Source of the DNA: Jimgerdemannia flammicorona
Taxonomy: Eukaryota
Assembly (NCBI GenBank): GCA_003990765.1
Contig: RBNJ01000162.1
Span: forward strand, 1 to 38,318
DNA length: 38,318 nucleotides
Reading direction: 5' to 3'
Shown: positions 10,106 through 22,100 of the stretch, one piece after another
How positions within the stretch are numbered: the first letter of the stretch is position 1
Layout of the letters: every line of letters starts with the position of its first letter
Notes under the pieces: generated by a model
Databases searched by the model: none
Seen by the model: the letters and a program-made list of their open reading frames with translations, nothing else
Told to the model about the DNA's origin: nothing
Position numbers and translations under genes: made by a program

Positions 10106-11975
10106 ATGGCTAGTCAAGATTTCTCTAGCTCTGAGTATCTGGAGAAGAGAAGGCCCAGTTTGGATATTCTCAAGAGCTTTGCAGCTACTGCAGGGGCTGG
10201 TATAGCTGCAAGAGGGGCTGGTGGGCTAGGGAGAACTGGAGAGATTGAGGTCTGGCATATGGTGGTTGAGAATAGGAGGGCTGCAGCTAGGTCCATGGAA
10301 GTGGAACAGGGGGAGTATAGTGTTGACAGGAAGAGAGGTCAGGTGATGAGTCAGGTGACAGGTCGGGTGGCTGGCAGGAGACAGGGGTCTGGTGGCGTGA
10401 TGCTGGGGACTAATTCTTCTGTAGCTGAGCAGATGGCTGGGGAGAGGACTGTAGGTAGCATAGCTGTACTTGGTGAGATAACTATAGGTATTTTAGGGAC
10501 TAAGAGAAAGATGATGCTGGCAGCTGAGATAGGTGAGTTAGTGGTGAGGCCCTTCTTCTATAAATCAGTATTGATATTAGTGATCTCAGTGAACTTTCTA
10601 AGATTGGTGATGTCAGTGTGGGAGGTTCTGAGACTGGTGGGGGAGGAGGTGGCTGGGGCAGAATCTCTGAAGTTCATCTCTTTGGCAGAGGCTGTGGAGA
10701 TTGGATTTGTGGAGGAGAATATAATGGTGAAGGTACTGAAGAAAGGGATGATGGTCAAGGGTGTCCAGATTGGGATGGCAAGGTGTCTGAGGTGGGATCC
10801 ACGTGCTGTTTGGCTGGTGGTGGAAGGACTGCCAACCCTGGGCAGACAGGAGACCAAGGAGATGGTAGTAGAGGCACTGGGTGGATATGGTGAGATGGTG
10901 GACTTCAGGTTCATGTTCTGGGAGGGCACCAAGTTGAGAAATGATAACTGTGAGGTAATGCTGTGACTGGAAGGCAAGGAGGTGACTGGGCTGGGCCATG
11001 ATTAGCCTGAAGGGATTAGAATTAGGAGATAAGAGTGCAAGGTGTGGAGGAGGAAGAGAGCAGAACAGGAGGAGAAAGAGTTAGCAATTGCTCTGGAGGA
11101 GAGAGAGGCTACCAAGGAGCTGTAAAAGAGGAAGTGAGAGGAGTATGCCAAGGATTGGGTCTGGATTCAGGCAGATGGCAAGCAGAAGAGGTGGAGGAAA
11201 GGGAACTGGGAGTGTCTGCAGGTGGCCCTTCAGGGGGCAGTAGTGGAAGAGAAGGTAAGAATAGAGGCAGCCAAGAATCAGATGGAAGGAGTAGAGGCAG
11301 CAGATGTGTCCTTCTCCCAGCTGGGTGGTGTAGAGGACTTGGCACATGCACTGGTGAGAGGAAAGTGAGCAGATAAGGAGAAGGCTAGTAAAGGAGGCTT
11401 TGAGATTGATATTGAAGTGGTGCTGGAGACTTAGGTAGAGGACACCCATATGGCTGGGGCAGCGAATGTTCATTGAGAGTGCCCAGAAGCTGGTGAGGTA
11501 ATTTATTTAGAGAAAGTAGTGGAGGAGAATGAGCTGGTGGATATGGCTTCTGATGTGTTAGTAGATAGAGAATAACTGCAAGAGCTGAGCAGGACCCCCA
11601 GGCCTTCAACTCCTGGGCCCCTGGTGATGATGGCGGAGAGTTGGTACCAGGCAGTGCTGGAGGAGCTGGCCGAGGAAGATATCAAGGAAGTGGACATGTT
11701 TCATGGATCTCAGGAGGCATGGGAAGGATTTCTCAATGTAGCGATACAGGGGCCTAAGCTGGTGATGGCAATAGTAGCTGCCCTTCTGGATGATGAAGGA
11801 TATGATGTTGATAAGAGTAGAATGGCCGACATCAGGAAGGTGGCAACAGAAAGAGTGGACCTTTTCTGCAGTAGTATAAATGGTGATCGAATCTGGAGGG
11901 TAATTTGTGAGGACCAGTGAGAGATTATTAGAGGAAGGGCTGAGAAGGTGGTGGCGGTCCCAACTGAGCTTTAAA
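10106..11975 (+). pseudogene. LINE ORF1 relic
   Basis: Segment WLVVEGLPTLGRQETKEMVVEALGGYGEMVDFRF...TKLRNDNCEV resembles the RRM-like region of L1/Tx1 ORF1. Multiple stops. Confidence 0.7.
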
Positions 11976-11986
11976 TAATTTTCTTA

Positions 11987-14900
11987 ATGATGATGAACAA
12001 TCTATGTATTTTATTGATCAATGTCAATAGATTGCAGGATAGTGTTAAAAGATGGTGGCTTTTCAGATGGCTTAAAGTCAGGAGGTATGATATTATATTT
12101 CTTCAGGATGTTTGGACTTATGGTGAGTCAGACTATGAGATTTGGAGTAAAGAATGGTATGGTAGAGCAGGTTGGAATATGTAGGTGGGCATCTTGGTTG
12201 ATATAGGCAAAGACAAGTTGGTGGAGGTAGAGAGTTATGGCAACAGACTGATTTGGGGAAGACTAAAAGGAGGGGCAGGAGATGGTTTGACAGTTGGCTC
12301 AGTTTACCTCCCTGCAGTTGGCAGAGAGTAAAAGCAATAGGTTGAGAGATGGCAGGCATGAGATGGTCAGAAGGTAGTTGCTTTGGACATTCTGAGGGGG
12401 GACTTCAATATGGTGCATAATTGAATACTGGATAGATCTAATGGTGGAGCAGGAGTCACGGTATCCTCTGGACTTTCTCAATGGCTTCAGGTGGAGTATG
12501 ACATGGACTTGGTGGATGGCATTCATCAATGACAGGGGGATGAGTTGGGACCTTTCACCTGGTGGCACCCAGTTGGAACAGTATTGGTTGGGATACGAAT
12601 AGATTGGGTACTAGTGGTGGAGTACTGGGGTAATGTACTGGATACTGCTGAGGTGTGCTGGTACTCTTGGTCTGATCACTGGGGAGTGGAGGTTTGTAGG
12701 AGATTCCAAGTAGTAGGCAGTGGTGGAGGGTGCTGGTATCTCAATATGGCCTTACTCAAGAGGAAGAAGGAGAGGGACAATTTTGTGATAGTTATGAAGC
12801 AGAAAGTTATGCGATAGTAGAACGAAGAGCAGTTGATAGCAGAATGGTAGAGTAAATTCAAATATTTGGCTGATGCTTACTAGTGTGATATTGGAGAAGT
12901 GGCTGAGAAAGAACAGAAGGATAAGAAAAGGAGAGTAGAGAAGGGACTGAGATGGCAATTGAAGCTTTTAGAAAAGGGGAACTTATCTGGGGAGGTGTGC
13001 CACTGATTGGTATTAGAGGTGGTAGAGTTGCAGGTGGATTTAAAGGTGTCTGAGACCAGGGTAGTAGATGGTCTGCTGGCCAGGCTGTGAGCTAGATGGT
13101 TGGAAGAAGGAGAGAGGTCGATGAGATATCTGTCTGGTATCTTGAAGGCCAGGAGAATATGACATAGTTGGGTCTTAGTATTGTACAAAGATGGAGTAGA
13201 GGTCTCTGGGATTACTGACATGTTAGGGAAGATATCTGGCCAATGGCAAGCTCTTTGGCAGGATAGTGGAGAGTATGTGGAGAATACTGGGCTTGAGGAG
13301 GATAATGACAATATGGTGAACAGTTGGCCAGTGACAGCGATACCTGAGAATAGGGGAAGCAGTCATGGGGGAGGTATCTCTAGATGAAGTATTAGAAGTA
13401 CTGAGGAAAATGCAGACTGGTTCATCTCCTGGGGAGGATAAGTTGCCCTGGGAATTCTGGAAGGAGTTCAAGGCCAAGTTTGGTGACTGGTTGGTGGAGA
13501 TAGCCAATGCTGTTCAGAAGGAGGATTGCTGGATTAGCAATGATTCCTTGGGGCTAGTGTCTCTTCTATACAAGGAAAAGGGAGATTGATGGGTGTGGCA
13601 TAATTGGTGACCTATCATGCTGCTGAATGTGGATAGAAAGTTGGTGTCAAAGATTCTAGCAGGGAGGATGCAGCAGTATGTTGGTACACTAGTTAGAGAA
13701 GAGCAGTGAGGCTTTGTCAAGGGGAGGCAGATCAGAGATAGTATTGCCTGGGTGCAGAATGTCTTAGAGAGCTGTAGGAGCTGGCAAGTAGATGGCCAGA
13801 TAGTCTTTCTGGATCAAGAGAAGGCCTATGACAGAGTGTGGTGGAGTTACCTAGAGGCTGTCCTGAGGAGGGCAGGGTTTGGTGTAGTAGAGGCAGAGCA
13901 TCTGATGGGCTTGGTATGGAGATACTGAGCAGTGGTAATGATGAATGAATGGTGTAGACCAGAGTTTGCCTTGGAGCAAGGGGTACTACAGGGGGATCCT
14001 CTCTCCCCCCTTCTTTATGTACTTTCTCTAGAGCTTTTGCTAGTAGGGCTGAATGGGTGGCTCTCTGGACTGAAGATGGGAGATGTGGTCTGGCAGCTGA
14101 GTGTCTTTGCAGATGACATAGTGGTAGGGTTGGGTAGTCAGGAGGATGTAGAAGCCCTACAAGAGGGGGTTGGACAGTATGAGAGACTGGCAGGGGTAAA
14201 GTTGAACTGGGGCAAGTATGAGACAATGGAACTTGGTGCTGGCCTGGGAGGCCATGGACAATTCAGACAACTGGTAGCTGCAGGGAGTGCTGTTTGATAT
14301 CTGGGTATCTAGTTCTTGGTGTATGGGACAGTTCTGCCAAGGGAGTGATGGTGTGAATTAATTCAGAAGCTGGAAGGTACACTGGCTGGTTGGTCAGAGA
14401 GGAGCTTCTCCTTGGTTAGCAGGATAGTGGTCTTGAATATATATTGGCTGCCCAAACTGTAGTATCTGGGTTATCATCTAGATTTTCCTGGGTGGGTGGT
14501 GCAGTAGCTGAAGAAGATTGTAGAAGGGTGGTTGTGGCATAGGAGATATCTGCAGATTGGATGGGAGACTTTGATGATGAGGACTTCTGATAGAGGCCTG
14601 GGGCTGGTGGATTTCAGGTACCAGCTGAAGATACTTCAGAGTTGGTGGGGGTGCCAAATGATGGAACTAGGTGAGGAAGGTTGGGGCAGGCTGGCTATGG
14701 ACAATTGGGAGGTCCAGTTCTGCCCTCATGGTGAGGTTTGGAAGGATATGTGGGGCTTGCTTCAGGTTAGGAGTATAGGCAGACTGTGATTTAAGGGGTT
14801 CTGGTGGAGTATTGTAGAAGCCTGGCTGGCCATGGGGTTGGCAGGCCCAGAGATAGAGGTGGGTGAGAACTCTGAGCAGAGGTGGTGGCAACTAAGAGAC

Positions 14901-15620
14901 CTTCACGTTGGTGGCCATAGTCTGAAGGAGTACTCTCTGATTGAGGCAATGGAGTGAATCAGGTCCAGCCCTCTAGAGAGATGACCACCTGGGTGGCAGA
15001 GAGCTGATATTGGTGAAGACTGGGAGTGGGTTCAAATTTGGAATTAGGGAGCCTCGGTATACAAGATGGTGCCACTCAAATACTGAGTGGTTTGGTGGTG
15101 ATTTTTGAGATGTAATGTGATGCTGAGCTATTGGACAGACTGGATGGAGATAGATGGCTGTTGGGACTATGAGTGGTGTAATGAGGTAGATAGAGGAGTT
15201 GTTCAGACACCAGAATATGTTCTGGGGGTCTGCCCAGATGTGGAAGGGTTTTGGTAGAGTTTGGAAGATTACTGGAGCTCAGGGAGGTAAAGGGCAGAGG
15301 ATCTGACCAGTCTGGTGGTCAAGTGCCAGCTGGTAGGGGAAATTGGTGATATATGGGAGAGTCTAAATTAAGTTTTGGGGGTCTAGGTCTTGATGGTGGT
15401 ATATTGGTAGTGGATTTTTGAACAAGACCTATGGATGGGGATTGGAGAGATGGTAGAGTAGTGGAGGTGGCTTCTCCAGGAGGTGGTTCAGGGGTGGTGG
15501 TATCAGGGAAAGCAACTTCAACCAAGGGCCTTAAGAAAGGTACAGGACATTGTACAGAGAAGTCAAGAGTACTTGGTTTTAGATGATCGTAGGGTAAGAT
15601 AGAAGGAAAGAATTGACTGA
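11987..15620 (+). pseudogene. LINE ORF2 relic (APE endonuclease, RT, C-terminal Cys-rich region)
   Basis: APE motifs: LINVNRL, YDIIFLQD, GDFN, RIDWVLV, SDHWGV. RT motifs: SSPGEDKLPWEFW, PIMLLNVDRKLVSKILA, FLDQEKAYDRV, GVLQGDPLSPLLY, VFADDIVV, YLG, GLGLVDF. Many stops. The 3' end is approximate. Confidence 0.92.
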
Positions 15621-15714
15621 AGGGCTCTACTTATGTATATTATGTGATATTAGTAGTAGTTTGTGGTTGGTTGTTATTGTATTAGATAGTTCATAATAAA
15701 GAAGTCTAAGTGAC

Positions 15715-15748
<34 letters not shown>

Positions 15749-15777
15749 AAAACAAAAAACAAAAAACAAAAAAAAAA

Positions 15778-15812
<35 letters not shown>

Positions 15813-15814
<2 letters not shown>

Positions 15815-16055
15815 CAATAATTGTAAGCTACAAGCTGTAAGCTACAAGCTACAAGCCACAAGCTATAAGCCACAAGCTGCAAGCTGCAAGCCATAAGCCA
15901 CAAGTTATAAGTCACAAGCTACAAGCTGCAAGCTACAAGCTGTAAGCCACAATAACTATAAACTACTATAAACTATTATAAGCTATTAAAAGCCACTATA
16001 AGCTACTATAAATTACTACTAGTTACTATGAGTTACTATAAGTACTATAAGTTAT
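15813..16055 (+). repeat. 7/10-bp tandem array, right part (in transposase intron 1)
   Basis: aagctac/aagccac/aagctgc units followed by aactactata-type 10-mers; the intron donor is at 16069 on the minus strand. Confidence 0.85.
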
Positions 16056-16264
16056 AAAAAACTCCTTACCTATGTTCAGCTAGTATATTATTTTCATTAT
16101 CAGAATCTGCATTCTTCTTATTAGTAGAAATATATATAGATATGAGTTTTTGAAAGTCCTCAATTAAAGATATAAGTTCTAGATGAGTTTCAGAGAAAAT
16201 AGAAGTTAAAAAATCTTGTAACATATTGATAGTGTTTTTGAATATATATAGAATATAAATGAGA

Positions 16265-17450
16265 CAGCTCCTTTCTCCACTACCTTACCAGTCATAAGAT
16301 TTGGTAGGCGACCTTCTGAGTCCCCTTTCCCCTATTATTACCCCCTCTACCTCAGGTTGGTTTGCTGTGCCTGTAGAGGCATAGTGAGAGGAGGGCAATG
16401 GTAATGAGTTGCCCCTTTATCGATGTCAGATTGGTGCTTCCTTTACTTTTTCATGGATTCTGGTGCCTTTAGCTGCATCTGGGGTATATCTGTTTTGGTG
16501 CAGCACCTTCTTCCTTTTGCCATTGCCAGTAAGGTATTGTCTCAGTATATCTCAGACTATGTAGGGAGTTGGCCAACCTTGGGTGTCAAGTGCTCAGTGT
16601 AGGTTACCTACAGATCCTCAGTATCTGTAGTGGGGCCCTCTGGCTTTAGCAAGCTTCCTGGCGAGTGCAGTTCTGGCATAGGTGACTGCTTTTCAGATGT
16701 TGTCAGGATGGGAGAGGAGATGGCCATTACAGATAGGAGGAAGGACAATAATGGTGAACCAGTAGGATGCCAGGCTGGGGGTAGTCATCAGAGCTAGGGC
16801 AGATATTGCTTCGGTGGGGCCTTTTGATTGGTATGGCATAATTAGGTGGTAGGTGTCACTATTGACTTCTTTTGACAGTCAGCGGAGTTGGGCCCCAGTC
16901 ATCAGGGGGGGTCAAGAGGCCCAAGGCTACCTATTTCAGGCATCTTGACTGCACTCAACTGGAACTGGGAGCTGATATAGCAATGTGATCGAGGCCTGCA
17001 GACTTGAGTAGTGGGGTATTGGAGGTTTCCTCCCATCTCACATGTAAGTTCTTTACTTATCTCGACTGGGAGAACCAGGCCCTACCCACCGTGTTGTACT
17101 TTGATGAGAGTTTTTTCTTTGTCTATTATTCTCTTTGGAGTGGCAGGGACTATTCTATTTGGCTCAGGCATGGCCTTGTACATACGTTGGGTTCTCAGGC
17201 ATGTACTTTCAGTCATTGGCATATGGTTGGGTTTCCCCTGGTGGTAGAGAGAGCATGGTATGCAGAACGAGGTGCAGGTCTATTTGGCCCTGCTGCACCT
17301 GATATGGTCGAGCTGCTGGACAATAGCTAGCCTAGGTTAATGGGGGGGCAGTGCTTAGTGGGTGGTGGGGGAGGGTTTTGGCCTATATAGTCTAGGTTCC
17401 CTTCCAATAAAAATCCACGGAACATGAGTCCATTAAAAAAAAAAAAAAAA
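16265..17450 (+). mobile_element. 5'-truncated non-LTR retrotransposon (second family, probably L1-like)
   Basis: Perfect 17-bp TSD ATAGAATATAAATGAGA at 16248-16264 and 17451-17467; AATAAA 17406-17411; poly(A) 17435-17450; abrupt GC shift. Only weak ORF2 C-terminal resemblance (QCDRGLQT, YYSLWSGRD). Confidence 0.8.
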
Positions 17451-17763
17451 ATAGAATATAAATGAGATATAGTTGACAGAATAAAAAAGTTGACAGTTTA
17501 TAGCATATAGCATAATATAAATAGTCATGTGACTGACTCAATATACAGTCACTAGGAAAATTAATGAAGCACGCCATAGAGCACCTTTTAACAAAATTTG
17601 CACATTGTGTCTCTAAAGTTAAATTTCTGAACATGTGACTGACTCAGAGCAGTGATAAAAATCAACTTTGGTTTTAATAGATTTTCTGTAATTTCTCGAA
17701 AACAGTCCAGGGGTCATAAGGCACCTTTTGAAAAATTTCACGTCATATTGTCTCCACTTCACA

Positions 17764-18870
17764 ATGGACATCGACCCACCCCCGCAAGGTGTTGTTATCC
17801 CATCTCTTAGTGCCTCGCCTCCAGGCTCGACATGTGTGATTGTCCCGGGAAACTACAACAAGCGCCCCGAGACGAGCATGTGGTATCCGGACGTGGCGGA
17901 ACGTCTGCGAAAGGCCAAACTCGAATCCGGGGGACCCTTGTTCCCTGGAGGGGTCGTGCTGCGACAGTTCCCGGATTACAAGATTGGGAGGGAGTCGGTG
18001 CGTGTGAGATTGTCTGGGTTGGTGAGTGGATGTGACCATGGTGGGTTGATCTCTAATGTTTATTTATTGTGTCGTGGTAGGTTTGGATACCATTTTTGCA
18101 GAATGAGTTGAAGGTTGGACAAAATCATGTCATTATCGGTCACAGGTTAGTACTTACATTTCGTTGTTATTGTGAATGGATATTGCAAAGTGACAATTTT
18201 TATTCCTACGAAATTACAGTACTGGCGCGATAGCTGCTCTGAGGTGAGAACGATCATATCCTTTATTCATATCAACGTGTTTGAATCAAACACCAAAAAT
18301 AACGCACGATCGTATATCCAATGTAGATACGCTGAAACCCACAAGGTCCTTGGGTTGGTTCTAGTATCAGCCTATCACACCGATCTGGGAATACCGACCG
18401 AGGTTCATTTTCTATGAATTTGTTCTGCGACTGCCAAAACCATCGAGTCACTTAAATCCTACACAATCAATTGCAGCGCCAAGCGGAATACTTTTCGCGA
18501 CCCTGGAACTGGTCCGCCATCTCGCAAAACGCCAAATGGATCCTGCAGTTTGGTAAAGCAATTCCCACCCACTCCTAACTTCTACTATTCGCAAACGCCC
18601 GCCGCTCTTTTCACACATTAAACTCTCACCATCCCAGCCTCGCCGACGGACGAGCTCGTCCCGGTCGCAGAGCAGCGCCACGTGGCCGAGATGACAGGGT
18701 CGCAGTACTTCGAGTTGGACGACCGCGGCCATTTCACCGACGACTACGAATTCCCGGAACTTGTGGAGGCCGTTCTGGAGTGGATGAAGGGGGTGGAGGA
18801 GAGAGACGAGGAGGCGCCCATGCCGGATACGGAGAGGATGGCCGTGACGGACGAGGATCTGTTCGCGTGA
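17764..18870 (+). CDS. RBBP9/YdeN-family alpha/beta serine hydrolase (6 exons)
   Basis: Exons 17764-17997, 18081-18145, 18220-18243, 18327-18402, 18477-18552 and 18638-18870, all with GT-AG introns. They give [68 protein letters not shown] and DRGHF, a complete Ser-Asp-His triad. Confidence 0.92.
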
Positions 18871-19182
18871 TGCGTGTTGAGATCGATGGGTTTGTGGGGA
18901 TTATGATAATAGGTCTTGTTTTGTCATTACGTTGCACGGCGAGGAAGGAAGCAAGTCTATGTGATTATGTGTATGTACACTCGGATTATTGAATGCCTCG
19001 ATCTGCTTCGTGCGTGCGGTGGGAAAGGGGAGGAGAGGAGTGTGGGTATGTGCCTAACTAAGACGTCCATTGAAAGACCAAGGTGCATATGCTAGGAGAC
19101 ACCAATAATTTGGTTGCAGATAAAAGAAACTAAGAATTCAAGATGGATTGAAAAAAAAAAAAAAAAAAAAATGCCGCTCCGC

Positions 19183-22100
19183 TCACACCGCCGCACCGAA
19201 TGCCGTATCCTCCAATTTACGACACTTGAGCGAGAACTCCTGCACGACTTCCCTGAACCGTCTTGGGGACCTTGTTCTGCAAAACATTTCCGTACGTCTG
19301 TTAGCGAAGCTCATTGACAACAAAAAAAAATGAACTTGACTGTTCGAGCATGGCCAATACATCAAAGTGCTCTTACCCTAAGATACCCTTCGCAAACGCC
19401 TCCTTCGACGATTGATCGATGTACGGCGACGGGAAAGTATCCTGCAGCATCGCGAAAAGATTTCATAAGTCACTGTGGCGCAGCAAAACGTGGCACGAAC
19501 TCCGCTACTCACCTGTGCGAGTAAAACCTGCAACCATTGTCGGCTAGCCTCGACATACCGCGAGACGAGCTTGTACAGAACGTCGATGAGCTGGCTGCCG
19601 AGCGATCTCGGCAACCGGCCGCCGATGCCCTGATGCGATAGAGGCCCATGGCATATCATCAGATCATTGCGGGTATCAAATTATGCACATGCGGTGAAAC
19701 CCGCCAAAAAATTGAAGACCTACCGCCAGCAGCTCCTGCATTATCCGCATGCCCAGGTTCATCATGACCGTCTCTACGAGCTTGGCCAACTCCGGGTTAC
19801 TCTCGTACTCCTGCCCAACAAAATCGGCCTACAAGGGTTCAAGTTCATTGCATCACTCATTAACTCTGATCCAAGCCCCCTTCCCTCCAACGATACACAC
19901 CATGAAGCTCAGCGCAGATTTGAGCGCCAAACGTTCCTGCAGCCCCATCCCTGCCACAGCGAACATGAGGATAGTGTCGAGCATGTCACCAGGGAGCTGG
20001 TAGAAGGCCAATGGACACCGGCGGATGACCTAGGTGTGTGAATGAATATGGCGTTGGTGATTCTGCGTGCAATGTCAAAATGAGATGAAACGAATTGAAG
20101 AGTGCCGATCGAAAGGGCTTACCCGTGACAGGAGGTTGAGGAAAGAGCTCACGACATCCGGATACTGCTCCATCGCTACTCCATTATCAAACCAGACCAA
20201 AATTAGAACCTCTCTTGATCCCGCACACCTTCACTACTTCAAACCTCAATTCCCCAACCCAACCCAACACGCACCCTCAGTACTCCTGATCCCTTCCAAC
20301 GTCTTGCTCGCCATACCCGTCACCAAGTCCCTGAGCACGTTCCCATGCCCGTCCCTCCCACCATACACAGCCACGACCTGCGACGCGGTGTCGAGCCAGC
20401 ATGCGTACGGGTGGCGCTGGTACGACGTCTGGATCAGGTGTACAAGCTGCGGGAAGGGAACCGAGAGCAGAGGACTCGTGGTCCGGATGCCTGTGTCGAG
20501 GAAGTGGCACAGCGCCTAGCGGAACGAGATAGCGACACCCCAAAAAGGCCGATGAATATTAAAATATCTAAGGGACAATAATTAAATAATCGATTGGAAC
20601 AGACAAACTCTCACCCTCATGACCTCCTCATCCCCGCCCCACACAGCCGCAACCTCTTGCGTGATCTCGCCGACAGCGGTGAGGAGGGCGCGCGCAGGAT
20701 CAGAGCGTTCGAAAACGGATCCAAAGTTTCCACTAGCGAACTGGTCGTAGAGCGCGGTGCGCTCAAGCGATGATTGGTAGTCGTCGTCAGGGGACTGGAT
20801 TCCGCGGCAGCACGCCGTCAGGTACTCGAGCTGCGACAGGATCAGAGGCTGGGCGTGCGCCGGGTCTTGCTGTTAGGCCCGAGGGAAGGGGAAGGGAGTG
20901 TTAGCAGGTTGTGGTGGGTGGAGTGAGTGAGGTGGATGGATATGAACAAACAAACCTTTTTGGATATTAGCAAGGCTTCTTTGAGTGATTGGATAATGTC
21001 ACTGGTCAAAGCCTATGAATGGGGATACCGAGGAACGAGTCATCACCAAATTGTTACACCAGCATTGATTCATTGCGTCACACATAATGCATAAATCAAA
21101 CTCCATACCAGTAACGGCTCGACCATCTTCTCCAGTGGCAGAGCTTGGATCACGTCTGCGATCGACTCGATCACCTTCTGCTTCTCCCTCGGCTATACAC
21201 CCCATTATGCAACGGACCACAGCATCAATACAAATCAACCAATTCACCTCAATCTCATCACCTACAAAATACCTCCCGACCCCATCCCAAACGTACCCCA
21301 CCACCTACCACCCTCAAATCCTTCAAAAACCTACCTGCACGCTCTTTCCAACGACGGCATACATATTTATCAGGCTCCCAATTCCATCGATCAGCGAATC
21401 CCGACACACGTCGCACACGTCCTTGAATCCCGTCGCGGCCGCCGGGGCGACCCTGGGGTCACTCAACGCAGGGATGAGGTAGTTGAGCGCCGGGAGGAGG
21501 AACTCGGGGTGAGACTTGAGCCACTCGGCGTAGGAGCCTGTGGGACGAGAGAGGGGGGAGGGAGGTTAAGCTTCAAGAAACAAGAGATTAAGTGCGATAT
21601 GCGAAGTAAGAGAAGACTACATGCCGATGACCAAGAGCGCCGTGTTCCGCAGCCGGTGGCTCCCTTCTGCGGGCAGCCTCCCAAAGATCTCCGGGCCGAA
21701 CACGCGCGTCATGTATACGTTCTCGTGGCTCGGGACGGCCTCCGAGATGCACTTGACGCAGAAGAGGGTCGACTCGAGGGCCTTGAGGGGAGGTAGAAAT
21801 CAGACTACGTGTTTCAGGGGGTCGGAACCAGTGTTGAGCACGAGACCCATGTAAATATGCGTACCTGCCACCGCATGGCGTGCACTAAATTTAGTTGTGC
21901 AATTGCCATGTCAACGAGGATGGCGAGCATCTGGTCGCGCAGGACGTGGTATGAATTGATGAGTGTGTCACCCACGTCACGGCGGAAGATGCGAAAGCGG
22001 TCCTTGAGGTCTGCAGGATTTTTTTTTTTTTTTGGGGGGGGGGGGTTGTTCGTCGGGATCGGCGTTACTCGATATCAGTAAGCAACGTCCTGACGCGTTC

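Larger units (their letters stand above)
9933..15812 (+). mobile_element. Full-length degenerate L1/Tx1-type non-LTR retrotransposon
   Basis: ORF1 plus APE-RT ORF2; AATAAA at ~15695; A-rich tail ~15717-15812. The 16-bp TSD is TACAATAACTATAAGC (9917-9932) / TGCAATAATTGTAAGC (15813-15828), differing by three transitions. Confidence 0.92.
2022..16224 (-). pseudogene. Spliced Sola-type DDD transposase pseudogene, interrupted by insertions
   Basis: Exon 1 at 16224-16070 (MLQDFLTS...AEH, donor gtaagg); exon ~9736-9052 (RLHNVQEHFKEHD..RIYRN, decayed HGN motif); VTFILGYSQQ(H/Y)GL...ARSDLCWIC; SFDYAQ (~3090); LHTDNYSGQNKNN...LCWRIIIGL...VGYTKFSSDSFFGLFK (2536-2757); C-terminal HQ*YLYNFIREY. Many stops arise from C>T changes. 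Confidence 0.85.
1434..17744 (-). mobile_element. Sola-superfamily DNA transposon (degenerate), host of three nested retroelements; ~4.3 kb after subtracting the inserts
   Basis: Imperfect 28-bp TIRs at 1434-1461 (GGGGCGCGGTTTTTCAAAAGGTGCCTTA) and 17717-17744 (reverse complement GACGTGAAATTTTTCAAAAGGTGCCTTA): 22/28 identical, inner 19 bp perfect. The 4-bp TSD ATAT is at 1430-1433 and 17745-17748. A Sola-type DDD transposase relic lies inside. Confidence 0.85.

Noticed and set aside
15813..16055. Telomeric repeat or CRISPR-like array
   Set aside because: The units are degenerate 7/10-mers with no spacers, do not match TTAGGG-type repeats, and lie inside a transposase intron.
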